Below are positions 63,955 to 64,000 of a stretch of 64,000 nucleotides of DNA, in pieces. The stretch comes from an uncultured Candidatus Saccharibacteria bacterium (GTDB taxonomy: Bacteria; Patescibacteriota; Minisyncoccia; Phycocordibacterales; DSPV01): contig CAZTXT010000001.1 in the NCBI GenBank assembly GCA_964617735.1, positions 600,549-664,548 on the forward strand, given 5' to 3'. The first letter of the stretch is position 1, and every line of letters starts with the position of its first letter. The position numbers and the translations under genes are program-made. The notes below the pieces were generated by a model, which searched no databases, was not told the DNA's origin, and saw only the letters and a list, made by a program, of their open reading frames with translations.

Positions 63955-64000
63955 CAGAGTCCCGCGCTTACGGAATCAGCGCCACCGTGTGGCGAGAGAA

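Noticed and set aside
1-64000. Alternative genetic code (UGA=Gly, as in Gracilibacteria/SR1)
   Set aside because: Conserved genes are full length under code 11, and prfA and uvrA end at TGA at the expected positions
63955-64000. Possible 3' end of a gene upstream of rpe
   Set aside because: Too little sequence to identify

Overview
Core-genome segment of a bacterium that looks like Patescibacteria/CPR, probably Parcubacteria. This is inferred from the short SMC, NusB-NUDIX fusion, short EF-Ts, several type IV pilins and sortase; genetic code 11 fits. It carries rpoBC, rpsP-khpA-trmD, smc, rnc, nusB, rpmF, rnhB, dnaE, thrS, uvrABC, tgt, gyrB, a single-chain mitochondrial-type PheRS, tRNA-Thr(TGT), tsf/rpsB, prfA/rpmE, rplY and a pentose-phosphate/glycolysis cluster. 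No CRISPR, transposase, integrase or rRNA was seen. Most interesting observations: (1) a sortase next to a 1091-aa surface protein with an internal VPYTG-TM-basic sorting signal, followed by about 290 aa of cytoplasmic sequence that resembles the lid and collar of the clamp-loader subunit DnaX; (2) two paralogous small membrane proteins, each translationally coupled to a pilin; (3) a stand-alone structured RNA of about 230 nt with its own -10 box and terminator; (4) leaderless core genes contrasting with small ORFan cassettes that carry GAAAGGA Shine-Dalgarno leaders, several of which encode minimal kinase-, zincin- or PD-(D/E)XK-like proteins. All family calls come from motif recognition by eye, without database searches.
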